Shown: in pieces, positions 13,225 to 25,445 of the stretch
How the letters are laid out: each line of letters starts with the position of its first letter
Numbering within the stretch: the stretch's first letter is position 1
Source: Tubiluchus corallicola
Taxonomy: Eukaryota > Animalia > Priapulida
Length of the DNA: 38,458 nt
Reading direction: 5' to 3'
NCBI GenBank assembly: GCA_030141605.1
Contig: JAQGDQ010001488.1
Location: 1 to 38,458 of the forward strand
The notes under the pieces: model-generated
Database searches by the model: none
What the model saw: only the letters and a program-made list of their open reading frames with translations
What the model was told of the DNA's origin: nothing
Position numbers and translations under genes: made by a program

Positions 13225-13951
13225 GGCTTACCACGACAAAAGGCCGAATTGCATATGCTGAATTGCATAAAATAAGAAATTCCCTCGCGCTAAACGAAAA
13301 AATAAAAACCGACTAAATCCCAAGCAAGAGCAAAGTGTTTTTTTAAAGAAAACTTCCTATTTTGTGTACGATTATTTAAAATCAAAATTTGCACAGACAC
13401 CAGCCTTGCAAAGCAAAAGGTCCTGGTTCAAATCCAGTCTGTGTTTCAACTTTTCACATTTCCTGTGCTTCAAGTTTGATATTAACATTCAATTAATTGT
13501 GGATCCATATCACCATCATTAACAATCTTATTGTTAAGGTTTTACTAATTAACAACAAGAAATTACTATAGATGGCGCCTTTAGACATGGAAAATGAAAA
13601 TTTTCATTTATTTATTATTATCATTATTTATAGTATGTGTCCTACCTACAGTGAGATATTTTTATTAATTATACCTAAGCTCTAAGGTATGGATTCGCGT
13701 TATAATTTTGTATATACTCAATTTGGTTTGCTGCAATAAGGTTTCTTCGCTTTCCTTAAATTCTGTAAAGGCCAATGTTTTCTGCAGTTCTCTCGAAGTT
13801 GCATTTTGTTTCAACTTTTTATGCCAGATAGATGTGACGAAATTTTACGTTTTGAATAAAGAATCTGACTTGTTAATGAATCACTAGTATCTATTGTTTC
13901 TATGCTGAGAAAATGCACCTTGTATTCTAATTTTTATTTCCTGGCGTATTG

Positions 13952-14102
13952 GAAGTGGTGCTGACAAGCCACTAGCATAGGAATGTCTAGTTTTTTGCTG
14001 GATTAACTGGTGCGTTTACCTGTCTTGAGGGCAGATTTCTTTCTTTTTAGTTCTGACTGTCTACCGCCTACAATGGACGTAATGGGCAGATGATGATGAT
14101 GA
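13952..14102 (+). mobile_element. SINE/LINE-tail-like repeat ending in (GAT)n
   Basis: gaagtggtgctgacaagccact...ctacaatggacgtaatgggcagatgatgatg; related pieces at 34585-34860 and 20820-20890. Confidence 0.7.
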
Positions 14103-14215
14103 TTTTCTGGCGATGGTTATGCTGATTCTGCGTCCAGTTTCCTACCTTCTTAGCATTTATTAAGAAAAAGAAAATCAAATATAAATTGCTAACAGTTTTT
14201 TTCCATAATTTGCAG

Positions 14216-14608
14216 ATTAGTGCCATTATGCCTTCCTTCTGTCTGACTGCCAAAGATAATCAAGAAATGTGTGTGGATCCGGCTTATGCGTTGAAACTTG
14301 AAAATTTTGTCACCACCAAAACCACCAGCACAAGGAAGACTGGTTACCGCAACCAAAACAGGGGCAGCCAAAACAAGGGTTCTGGAAGTGGCTACGGAAA
14401 CAACAACAACAACGGCTACGGTTCTCAGTCATCGGGTTATGGCAATCAAAACAGTGGTTACGGCAACAACAACGGTTTCAGTTCAGGTTTCGGTAGCAAC
14501 AGCGGCTTTGGCTATGGCGGAAATAGCGGGTTTGGGTCTGGTTTCAGTGGCAACAACGGTTTTCGTTCAGGTTCTGGTTATGGTGGCAACAGTGGGTTTA
14601 GTTATTAA
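14216..14608 (+). CDS. Secreted pentraxin/LamG-like protein, exon 7 (ISAIMPSFC... plus Gly/Ser/Asn/Tyr/Phe-rich tail, stop)
   Basis: ttgcAG acceptor, phase 0, TAA at 14606-14608; total CDS is 1188 nt (395 aa). Candidate AATAAA at 14954. Confidence 0.87.
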   Translation: MSAIMPSFCLTAKDNQEMCVDPAYALKLENFVTTKTTSTRKTGYRNQNRGSQNKGSGSGYGNNNNNGYGSQSSGYGNQNSGYGNNNGFSSGFGSNSGFGYGGNSGFGSGFSGNNGFRSGSGYGGNSGFSY

Positions 14609-15803
14609 AATCTGAAGTCCCAAGTAAGATTGTTACTTTGGTGTGGATTGTATGTGTCTTACCTACAGTGAGACATTTTTATTAATTATACCTAAGCTCT
14701 AAGGTGTGGATTCACGTTATAATTTTCTGTATACTCAGTTTGGTTTGCAACAATAAGCTTTCTTCGCTTTCCTTAAATTCTGTAAAAACCAATGTTTTCT
14801 GTAGTTTGCTATTGCCAACGATACTGATAATTTTAATAATGACGATAAAACTACTCTGTGATGTATTCTTAGACTTTCTGAGAATGAATCCTTTACTTTT
14901 CACCAAAATTAAAAGATTGTCTTATAGTTCCACTGTTATAATGTATATAATATAATAAATATAAATGCCTTTCTTTAATAATAATGAAATTGCAAACTAA
15001 CAATTGAAATACAATTGAATTTTATCAGGGAAGTGGATGTTGTTAGTTACAGGAAATTGACGTTACGTCTCGACACCAATTATTACTTATGAAAAATGTG
15101 ATAATTATGTACTGGATAATATGTTTGTTACATTATATTAACCGCTAAACAAAAAACGTGATGTCTGTTATCCAAGCATGACTGGTACAGCAGCCAGTAG
15201 GCAGCCGCCAAGGATGTGTTTGGCTTCCTTTGTGTGTGGCAGATGATTTTGAATGTACAGTTTTACTAGGTTCCTAGTTTGATAGTTGTTACTAACTTGT
15301 GTTTTTGTAGAAGTTTAGACGTAATATTAGCCAAATAACTATTTCTGCGAATTGTTTTGTTTCCACTTAAAGCTGTGATAAGCAATTTGAGGATTTAATC
15401 ATTATTTACAAATAGTTGTAAACTACGACATTGGGTAATTAGAGAATAGATAAGAAATCGTTTAGTATAAATATCTAACAGCCAGCTGGTTAATTATTTA
15501 TTACACCGGGGTTATTCAGATATTATGGTGCGCACAAATTAAGTAATTAAACGAGTATTAAAGAAAATAATATCATCTTATTAGCAAAACAATACCAAAA
15601 TACCGGTAGGCCTATTGTACTGTAAAGTTAAACATATGGGTGGGTCTATAACGTTTTTCTCGTTAATCTTTTAACAAATTGAGCCAGAACCCCAGGCATT
15701 CTTCTGGAAGAGAAATTAATAAAATTATATGTGAACTAAAATAAATGCAATAAATAGTAGATAGGCGGGAGAAAAAAAATTAGACAGAGGGACACAAATT
15801 ATT

Positions 15804-15838
15804 AGAGAGAGGAAGAGAGAGAGGAAAGAGAGTGAGAG

Positions 15839-15929
<91 letters not shown>

Positions 15930-15956
15930 CAGGCAAAGAGAGAGAGAGAGAGAGAC
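15804..15956. repeat. (GA)n microsatellite
   Basis: Read directly. Confidence 0.95.
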
Positions 15957-17312
15957 GGGGGGTTAATAACGGTTTGTGTTCACCCTAAGCGATGTTTAAG
16001 CAGTGTTTTTATCAGCGTTTTTTTAATGTATTGTATTATACTTGCATATCTTCACGGGTTTTAAAGATTATGTATCCACCATGAACCATCATATATTCCA
16101 ACATGAACCAAAGACTAGTGCCCTGTGCCGTCAGACGTGCATTAATTTTCTCCGTATGCCTGGTCATGCACGAGAAACAAACCTGCCAAGTGACTACACA
16201 GATTTAACGTGAAGTAATATTCAACAAAATAAACTGTTTAACTTTATGGCATCTCTGCAAAAGCCAATTTCCCAAAAATTTTGGCAGAGAAGTGATTTTT
16301 GTGTCCAATCTATTTTGATAACTTGTTTCACTTCTTCAGCGAACACTTACAAGGGCAGCGTCGTTTCAAATCAACACTCTTGAACGGCATGATCTTTAGA
16401 ACTTTGTTGTAAACTTGCTTACCATAGTTAATACAAGGATAAGTTGTAGAAGTTAGAACACAATTGTTTTACTCTTGTACTGTTCTGTACTGGGTACAAA
16501 ATCCATGATTTTTTAAATCATAGAGATCCCCAAAGATATTTGTGGTATAAGTTTAGCAGTTGTGTTAAGTAGGTATAGCTAATTTATATCTTATCTTCCT
16601 GTGTATTTAAAATTCCCACAATAAAAAAATTAACTTTAACCAAATCTTTGCAACAAAATAATAAAATCTCATTGCATTTTCAAACTGCGTTTAATTGTTT
16701 TTTTTTGTGACATTTAGACTACAGGACTATACCATTTTGAAAATTACGTATCCACATAATTATTTCAAACTACATTTCAGACTAGTTTGTTGCAGTTTGT
16801 GCTGCTGTTTGTATTAATTTTTTTGAAATAATAGCTCAATGAATGGGCCTTTCACAGAATTTAACAAGAACCATATGGACATGAGGGTCAAGTTGTTTAA
16901 CCATATCGGCAGTTACGCGTTGTTTTAAATTGGTTCTTTCTTTCCACGTTCTTATAGTCTGGTATTTTTGATAAATTTCACTGTAGCAGCTGCAGTACTG
17001 CCTACCTCGGCAATATGTCTTTTAACAAAAAGTTTCTTTAAACAAATTTTTGTTCTAATCTCGGTTTTTCGCATCGGTAAATTCGGTTAATCAGTGTGTC
17101 TTTCTTTACCCATTGAATCTGACATGAAGTGTTTTCTTCACAATGTGTTTCACGTATTTGATCCATTTTTCTTGATTTTAAGACTCTGTTGTTGTGTACA
17201 TCTTTACATTAATCTAACCAGGGGCGTAGCCAGGTTCATAAAAAAGGTGCCTCGACACATACCATACAATTTTTAACGCATTTATTATACATTTTGATTT
17301 TGTGTTTATACA

Positions 17313-17450
17313 AATCAATTCGATTCAAAATTTTTTATTTGTCTCTCTCAATAGGTTACAAAGTATGTGAGATTAAAGTCAGTAAATTATATTAATAAGA
17401 ATAGAGACGGGGTGGTGAACGACCGGGGTCATCGAGTAACCACCCCTATA
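17313..17450 (-). mobile_element. LINE 3'-end remnant
   Basis: Minus-strand stem-loop 17409-17446, then AATAAA and a degenerate (TTGAA)n tail. Confidence 0.45.
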
Positions 17451-19402
17451 TAAATATGTTATTTTAGATACCACGGCTTTTTAAATTTAATAATACGAAT
17501 ACGTTATGTCAGTTTGTGCCCAGTTTAAGATTCGCCTCGATAGACACTGGAAATGCAACCCAGAAAAACATATAGATCCCAGGTTGCCACAATGGCAACA
17601 GGAAATCTTGTGCTATACTTCATGATCGCAGTGTGGCCACCTATTTTGTTTATTTTTATTTTAATAAAGCAAACAAGGAGGAAGAGTAGAGAGGTCCATA
17701 AGCTATTTATGCTTAACGTCTATCCTTCGATGATAACGGTAACGGCAAGTGAATAGTTTATTTCCAACAAGTATCGTAAAACTCGAGTATTCATTCATTA
17801 CTGATAAGGCTTTAAAAATATAACTACTGTGTCTGCATCCTTCACAGCGTTAAAAATTTTAACGGAGCGCTTTTCAATCAATTTTTTCAAACGGCACTGT
17901 ACATAGAGTCACACTGGAATGGCTATCTCTGTGTAAAGATTAAAACTTTACAAAATTCGACAGCTAAAATACAGATTGCATCATCATTACTCAAATCAAA
18001 TATTGCACTACCACAAAAAGAGTAACAAAACGATAGAAGTAGTTTCAACAATACACGCTTGTTAGTGACAGTTTCGAAATAAAAAACAGGGAAGTGAATT
18101 TATGAGGGTTAAGAAATCTTGTTTACGTTTCATTATGTCATTATATCTGATTCAAATTGAGACACAATTTATGACCAAGATAAATCAAGTTGTTATACCA
18201 CTTTAGAGGTTCACCATTATTTATGTTCACACGAATTTCAGCACAATATATGTTTCATTGAAATAAAATACACTTTGACTTATTAGTTTTAATAAGCATA
18301 ATTATCATAATGGTGTCACAAATAAAATTTGTTCCAGATTTTACCAGCTCAGTACCGAATTCGTCTCTCCCAGAACTTTCCCATGTCACAATCGCTAATG
18401 CCAATTCGAGCGGAAGATCAAGGTGGCAAGGTCTGTGACAGAGCCAGATGGAAGCGAAACGAAATTACTACTAATTACTAGGATTTCCCGTATTGCCGAC
18501 ATTGCGGAGCTTTGAAATTATATGTATAACAAAATATCGCCTTAAAAGAAGCCTTAAAGCAGTAAGAATCGCTTTAAAGGAAACCTTGCAAAAAACCACC
18601 TGGCAAGCCAAAAACAACTGGGACAGCTAAGATAAATAAAGATGTTCAACAACTTCAACTATCTTTAGGTCGAAGAACTTACGCTGTTAGCTGTAGGTAG
18701 ATGTGGGTGGAAACTGTAGTGCCTCAATATCTACAATAGATGGAATGAGACGTTGAAAATTGAAAAAAAACAAAAAATTATTTAAAGAATGCTAACGCAC
18801 ATTAAGGTGAAAATGTTGTTTAGAATTTTTACTTTATAAAATTTTGTGTTTCGTTTATTTTTGAGCATAATAAACGGTGGGTTATTCTTACCGGTGGTAT
18901 TCTTAACTCTTTGACTTCCATGATGTATAATATATTAGCTTGTAGAAGTCGTTTTCGCATTATAGGAGTACAGACCAATATTATGTATTTTTACATTATA
19001 ACAGTAGTCTTTTTATTTGATTGTAAGTAGGAGTGTGTCTTTTGATTGACATGGATCATCGTCATTCAGGCTTAGTATGGCAATGGCTTGTTGTTGTCTT
19101 CTCAAGTTATTTTTAACTATATTAGCCTGAACAACAATTTTTTATATCTTTGCGTGATAAGCACAATCGCTGAACTGCGAAAAAGCTAAATAATTCATTC
19201 ATTTTTTCTAACTGTGCAAAACTAGTTAACTTGATTAAGTAATAAGTGTAACAACGTAAGTGTTGACATGTTTTAGATCTAGCTTTTGACACGTGGATTT
19301 GGGAGACTTTTGTATTTACGGCGTACCAATAGTTCCTTGCATTTTGTTCTAAAGTAAAGACAGGATTGGACTTGTAGACCAGTGTGGCTGTATGTTGTCA
19401 TT

Positions 19403-20003
19403 ATGGCCAAGCCCTGCTGTGCCATAATTTCCTGCTTAGATAACGGAACTGAAGAATTGCTTCAAAGAATATGTGGTACAACTGAATTACCAACTCCAGA
19501 GACTTGGGCTGGCAAAGCTATAGCTTACCCATGGCACATCTCGAATAAATATTACATGGCAGACATCTTTTTGTGCGTTATTAATAGAGAAACCATAAAA
19601 GATGTCAGCAAAGATAGTGTTGAACATATACAAGCTGTTATAATCTTATTTGATAGCAAAAGTGTAGAAAGTTTCGATGCCGTTTGCAGTTGGCTGCCAA
19701 TTATTTCTAGCTGGACAGCAGATACTCAGTTACTCGTGTGCGATTTGTGTGACAGAAATATCGAAAAGTCTTCAAAGCTGAGTGTAGACTCTCTGTTTGG
19801 ATGGTGCATAGAAAATGCTTTCGAGTTGGTAGAATTGTCTGAATCGACTGAGGAAGATTTGACTGATTCTGTCGGAGTGCAAAGAGTAATTGATGCCCTT
19901 CATGCAACTGAGTGGAACGGGCTTCAGAGAGTAGACTCGTGTGCGAAGCCATCGGGTTTAATGCAAGAAATTCAGTCTTCATTCATTCCAGGACAAAGCA
20001 CAG
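19403..20003 (+). CDS. AAGAB: Alpha- and gamma-adaptin-binding protein p34, coding exon 1 (pseudo-GTPase-like domain)
   Basis: YPWHISNKYYMADIFLC, QAVIILFDS, SWLP, LLVCD, WCIENAFELVEL and GVQRVIDALHATEW match AAGAB hallmark blocks. GTAAAC donor, phase 1. Confidence 0.93.
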
Positions 20004-20053
20004 GTAAACTTTGTCAACCATGTAGGGCATTAATTAATAAACACGCTGCCTAG

Positions 20054-20320
20054 CAGTGTTGGTTTCATTACTTTTGAAAGTAATTTGTCATAATTACTAA
20101 TTACTTTGAAAAATTGTAATCTAATTACTCATTACTGATTACTTTTAGCGTGGCAATTCATTACTGATTAATGATTACTTTTAGCATGGGTAATCCTTTA
20201 CTGGTTACTCATTACTGATTACTTTTAGCGTGGGAATCCATTACTGATTAATGATTACTTTTAGCATGGGTAATCCCTTACTGATTACTTTTAGCGAGTG
20301 TAATCCCTTACTGATGACTC
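20054..20320 (+). mobile_element. hAT-like MITE end with attactgattac repeats (80-bp internal duplication)
   Basis: Starts CAGTGTTGG and carries many (g)attac/gtaat motifs; the other terminus was not found. Confidence 0.55.
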
Positions 20321-21273
20321 GTTATGATACTTCAAATGACAGACTTGCTCGTTGAATTTTATAATAATTTCAGGCTTGTTCCTTGTTAACTTTGCCTCGC
20401 TTCCAAAGAAATTCCCTTCCGCATACATGTAAACAAGCTCCAAGAAAACATGTGTATTGCCAGGCCTCAAGTAGGCTTTTTGTGTCACCAAGCAACTGAA
20501 ACGAATTACAAGAGTTATTCATGAATGATTGGAGCCGGCAACGATATCAATGCCTGGAGCATCGTCAGTGAATGGCGACCTTGAAAATGTGATGAAACGC
20601 ATGTTGTTTATCATTGCTTTTCATTGATCATACCCAGTAAATTAAAATTTGATGTTTTGACGAGTGACGAATCTTCCTAATTTCTCTCGAAGATACTTTG
20701 GCATCTGTTTTCGAAAATAGTGAAACAAAGATTATAGATGGACTCTTGAATGTTGTAGTAAAAAGAATTATTCGCTCATAAACAGGTGTTTTGCATCCTA
20801 TTGCTGTTTGCTTCTGTAGTCATCATCATCATCATCATTATCATCATCATCATCATATGCCCATTACGTTTATTGTGGACATTAGACTTCCTTAGTGTAA
20901 AACTGTAAACATTAATTAGCAATATGCAACACTCTTCGAAGTGCGGAAAAATTGTTGAAAGCAATGGACTGTAAAATATCTGTTTATTAGTGAATAAAAA
21001 GATAATTCTTTTATTATAATTACTTTGTTTAATAATAATAATACAATATTATTTTATTATTACACGATTCCCTTTACAATGCTTGTCAAAGATTTTTTTT
21101 ATTGTTAAAAATGGATGAAATAAAATAAAACTGTTTTTTTGTAGTCCATTTTGCGTACATTATTTTCTGTTTTGCCGGAGGCTTATTGCCTTCTGACAAT
21201 GTGATTATCTTAAGTCACTCCAAACTAAAGCAATAGTGGGAACCTTCAAGTTTGCACTCATCGTCATTTGCAG

Positions 21274-21405
21274 GTGGGGCAGAGATGGAGAAGCCGAAAA
21301 CTTCCACAACATTAGAAGAGAAAGATAAAAATCTGAGCAATAAGATTGATGCGCTCTTATCAGAGACAGAAACGTTGGGCACGTTGGCAGATGAAGATTT
21401 GGATG
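21274..21405 (+). CDS. AAGAB: AAGAB coding exon 2 (acidic linker, KIDALL)
   Basis: ttgcAG acceptor, GTAAAT donor, 132 nt, phase 1 to 1. Confidence 0.85.
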
Positions 21406-21466
21406 GTAAATATCTTCCTTTTGTAGCATTTTCTTCTATCAAATTTTATATAAAAACTATTATTTT

Positions 21467-21923
21467 CAGGGATGAGAATTTTCCGCCGATACGCAGAATT
21501 TCGAGTTTTTGGAAGACCAGTAGTGCCATTTTTGTAAATCACGTAAATTCGTAGAGAACATTTTTACGGACCCAGTACATTATTTCACAAGCTGACCGCT
21601 AGTTGGCAGGCCGTCACTTTGTTTACATCATGTACATCAGTGTAACCACGTGTATATCTCTATGTATAAAAATATAAAATCAATTGTGCGGACTTATTTG
21701 ATTCAATTGCAGACAGTTTTTATATACTTTTGCATAGGAGAGGCCAGTACTTAGGCATTTTTGAGAAAATTAGGTATCATGTATCCTTGATAGTTGGGTT
21801 TTTTAAATTATGCATGAAACAAGGTAATTGATATTTTAATTCCACTTAGAGGCTCTCTATGGTCACAAAATTGCAATTTGTTGCTGCCTGCGGCTTGTTT
21901 CAGAGTTTTTTGCAATTTGTCAT
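21467..21923 (+). mobile_element. Non-autonomous dispersed repeat with CAGGGATGAGAATT terminus, copy 1
   Basis: Close reverse-complement match to 31660-32173. Confidence 0.85.
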
Positions 21924-22167
21924 CGGGCATGTAACCTCTGGTATATCCCAAAATTGGTATCTTGCTCTGAAATGTAGGCCCTAGTTCACGGCTAACTAGC
22001 AAATGGCAAACTGCATGTAACAGCGAAGAACTAGTGGCGCGAACATGAAATTGTGTTTCTGCGGTAATAATTCTTTCACGGGTCCAGTTTTGATTTCAAA
22101 TTTTTTTTTGATTCAGTAATTATTTGCATAATATTCGGCTGAATATTTTTCTATTTCTTTTCTTAAG

Positions 22168-22328
22168 ATGATAACTTTGAAGCACTGTTTGCAAAGCTGA
22201 GACTTATGAAAGAGAAGGCGGAATCATTACCTCACGATCAGAGAAAAGTGTTAGCGGAGAAAGTAACTCTTTCCTTCTGGAGGGCAATTGGAGGTGACGA
22301 CAGCGAAATTGAAGATAGTGACGATTAA
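22168..22328 (+). CDS. AAGAB: AAGAB coding exon 3 (C-terminal helical domain)
   Basis: [43 protein letters not shown]...* matches the conserved AAGAB C-terminus. Total 297 aa; AATAAA at 22718. Confidence 0.93.
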
Positions 22329-23610
22329 CCGGAATGAGTTGATGACAAAGCAGTGTACAGTGTTGAAGTATGGGAATTGGAAATGAAGCCACAGGATGGT
22401 ATGCAACTTTCTGTTAGGGGGTGCATAAGGAAAGAATAACACAGTATCAAGAATAATACAACAAAGAATAATACACTAGGTGCTGCTTAGTAAACTCACT
22501 TTGGGGCGGAAGTGTTTTGACCCAATGAACTGACTGAATCTATTATTCGACGGATGTAGAATTACAACTATAGAATTGTGAGTCATTAATTGTTAGTCTA
22601 GCATGTGCTGCACATGCTTAAAATGAATTATAGAAACGAGTTATGTTAAAATTGCTATATTCAATTATTTAAGAACATGTGCAATTATTTAAGAATACTA
22701 ATTTATATAAGCCAATTAATAAAAAAAAAAGAAAATAATGAAATTGCATAAATCTGTTTATTTGCTCTCCCTGAAGAAGTTAATTTATGAAGTTTTCATA
22801 CTGATAAAAACGTTGAAAATCTGTTGTTGTATGCTGCATATATTTATGCAAAAAACCTCATGCTTGACCTGCTTGAACTACCGTTGGTGAGGACGATGTT
22901 TCTACTGTGAAAAACAGTTGGTGCTCGTTACCCCTTCCCCGTGAAAAGCAGCAGCAGCTTCAAAAGCAAACCACGGGGCAAGTCACTAAGTTTAACTTCC
23001 AAAAACAACGTACAATCAGCGGACGGGCGGGTGACAGATTCAAACATAGCAAAACTGCTGTGCTAGCATGTCACTCACCGCGTGGCAAATGCACTTGCTT
23101 ACAAACAAAATTGTGAGTTTAAACGGTTCCTGCTTCAGTGCTGCTGAAACTGTTGCAAATCTGTCAAAATTTAGTGTGAGAGATTTGCGTGTCCCTCACG
23201 GGCTACAATCTCGAGGGGTATGATCTGAGAATGACTCAGAGAACTCATTGTCCAACAAACCTTACGGATGTCTCACATGTTTGTCCCTTGATTGGCTTGT
23301 TCTTGGAGCATCTAAGTGACCTCTTTGTCCTTCGGGATAGCTCCCGTGTGTTTGGCGGGTTGAGGACAGTACCATTCAGTAAATGAATCCCTGTGTTTTG
23401 GGGTCACTTCGCCCTCTTCTAGATCGCAGGCTGTGGGAGACGTCCGAGGCTTTCACACTAAACATTTAGGGCATGATACATTCACAATTGCTTGAACGTT
23501 ACTTCGTTGCTACAAATTGTTTTGTACTGGTACTTGATGTGTTTGTGTCACACTCCCCCACCCCAACAAAAAATCTTAGTATTAGTAGCAACTTAACAAG
23601 AGGTTATGTA

Positions 23611-24095
23611 CAGTCAACCTCGGATATAAGGAACACCACCGGACCGAAACAAATCGTCCCTTATATCCGATGCCCCTTATAGCCGAATTTGAGTCAGACC
23701 GAGTGTGTATCTACGCCTGTACTTTTACCCATATTTTTATGGATTATTGCTACACATTCTGTGCAAACGGTATGTACGAAGCTCCTTCAGTGATGCGAGG
23801 TGTATGTGACCGCTGAAACCCAGCTGTTCGAAGGCTGAGTATGCGAAAAATTGAGGTTAAAAATCTGTCAATTTTGCTTTGGTCATAGGGTACCTTATAT
23901 GCGAGGTAATTTACCTGGGTTTCTGTTACGTCAGACCTGAAGATATCGTCCCTTATAACCGAAAGACTCTTATATCCAAGTACCTTATATAGATTTTTAC
24001 ATAGGAAAAATGTTACGAAAAATTGGGACCGGTGTTGGTGGTCCCTATAAGTGAATGTCCCTTATAAGCGAGTACCTTATCCCCGAGGTTGACTG
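23611..24095. mobile_element. pogo/Tigger-like (Tc1/mariner superfamily) MITE, TA TSD, copy 1
   Basis: TA|CAGTCAACCTCGG ... CCGAGGTTGACTG|TA, with reiterated subterminal ccttata(t/a)c motifs. Confidence 0.9.
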
Positions 24096-24236
24096 TACTA
24101 TCCTGTATAATATGGAATGAGTATGAAAGTATCTTGCAGTAAGAATTATTTCTTACTTGCTGGTAGGTATATGCATTATTACACGGTTTACTGAGTTTTT
24201 TGTTCCAAAAATTGCTATAAGACGCTGATGTGATGT

Positions 24237-24508
24237 GATGTCACGGAAATTATCTCTACGTCACAGAAGCGCACTTTAGTTCATGATCGCGCTTAAAATG
24301 GTACAGCGCCTATTTGTTGGCCACACAAAATGTGACAAAAAGCTTCCAGTCTTAGTGAATTCATTGAGCTGTGTAGCTTTGAAAGCCTAACAAAATTTAA
24401 CTATCCGAGGTAATTATTATTTAATTTGAGCTTTGATTTAAAAGAGCTATTGCAGTTTTCAATATTTTAGAGCACGGTATTTTGAACTAATGTTTACACG
24501 GTTTTCCT
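24237..24508 (+). mobile_element. Right half of the Kolobok-like MITE seen at 9978-10512
   Basis: Shares tatccgaggtaattattatt...gctattg..gttttcaatattttaga...cggttttcct|TTAA. Confidence 0.8.
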
Positions 24509-24939
24509 TTAAAATGAAATGGTACAAATTGTAGCATATGTCTTTCCTCAATTTTCCAAGGCAATAGCAGTTTCTCTGTCTTTTCTTAAGCATTGTTACC
24601 GTGAAAATTAGAAGTCAACACAGTAAACTCACCTGACATTCGAATTCTTGCGAGGGATTCAAGCAATTATTAATTAGTGGTAGGAAAAATTGCCAGAGTT
24701 ATGTTATGAATTATGAAAGTCAATAATTATGCATGAAACTGTTACTACGTGATACCTATCAGATCTGTAACGGTGTGTAATAAATTGACTTATTGTGCAT
24801 ATACTGTACCATTATTGTACTGTACCGTATACTTTTATTGTACTGCAAATTGTGAGTTGGTCTGAGTTAGAAACAAAATGTTAGTTTAGCATTAATCATG
24901 TATAGTAAATTTTCTGAATTTAACTTAGCAGAAAATTGT

Positions 24940-25445
24940 TAGGGGAGAGCATTCTCTGCCAGAAAATAAATTAGAATCGAATCGAATTTGTGACTTTTGA
25001 ACTCAAATCAAACGGAATTTTGAATCTCAATCGAATTCAAATCCAGTTTTAATAGAAATCCAGATCACCAGTAAAAAACAATCTCGCAAAGATATTGCAT
25101 ATTGCTTGATTTTGTTCTGCAGTAAAAACACTCATTTGTTTAAAAAATGTGCCCAGAAATCGCAGCTAAAATGAACATAGTTGAAATGATGAATTATTTG
25201 AAGTTATAATTTTAGGTTAAAATTGAATTCAGAGTAAAAAAATTCGTTGAAAGCATTTGGTCATTAGGGGTGAGCATTCTCTACCATAAAGCGAATTCGA
25301 ATCGAATCAGTTTTTAAAAATTTCGCAAAGAAACTGCAATTAAATTGCGCTGTTCCAAATATTTTAACGATAAAGAACGTATGTGGCTGAAGCGCTGAAT
25401 TAATAGAGTCTATAATTTTACGCTCTAATCGAATTCGAATTAAAA
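24940..25445 (+). mobile_element. Two partial copies of a MITE with TAGGGG(A/T)GAGC ends and gaatcgaat repeats
   Basis: Starts at 24940 and 25265; same family as 36194-36559. Confidence 0.65.

Noticed and set aside
12433-13316. ORFs with IGIGF/VSVS repeats
   Set aside because: They derive from MITE internal repeats inside an intron.
13395-13445. tRNA gene
   Set aside because: Only a T-arm/B-box (GGTTCAAATCC) is present, with no full cloverleaf; at best a SINE head remnant.
16322-16341. Hammerhead core CTGAAGA-agt-GAAA on the minus strand
   Set aside because: No room for helix II; probably a chance match.
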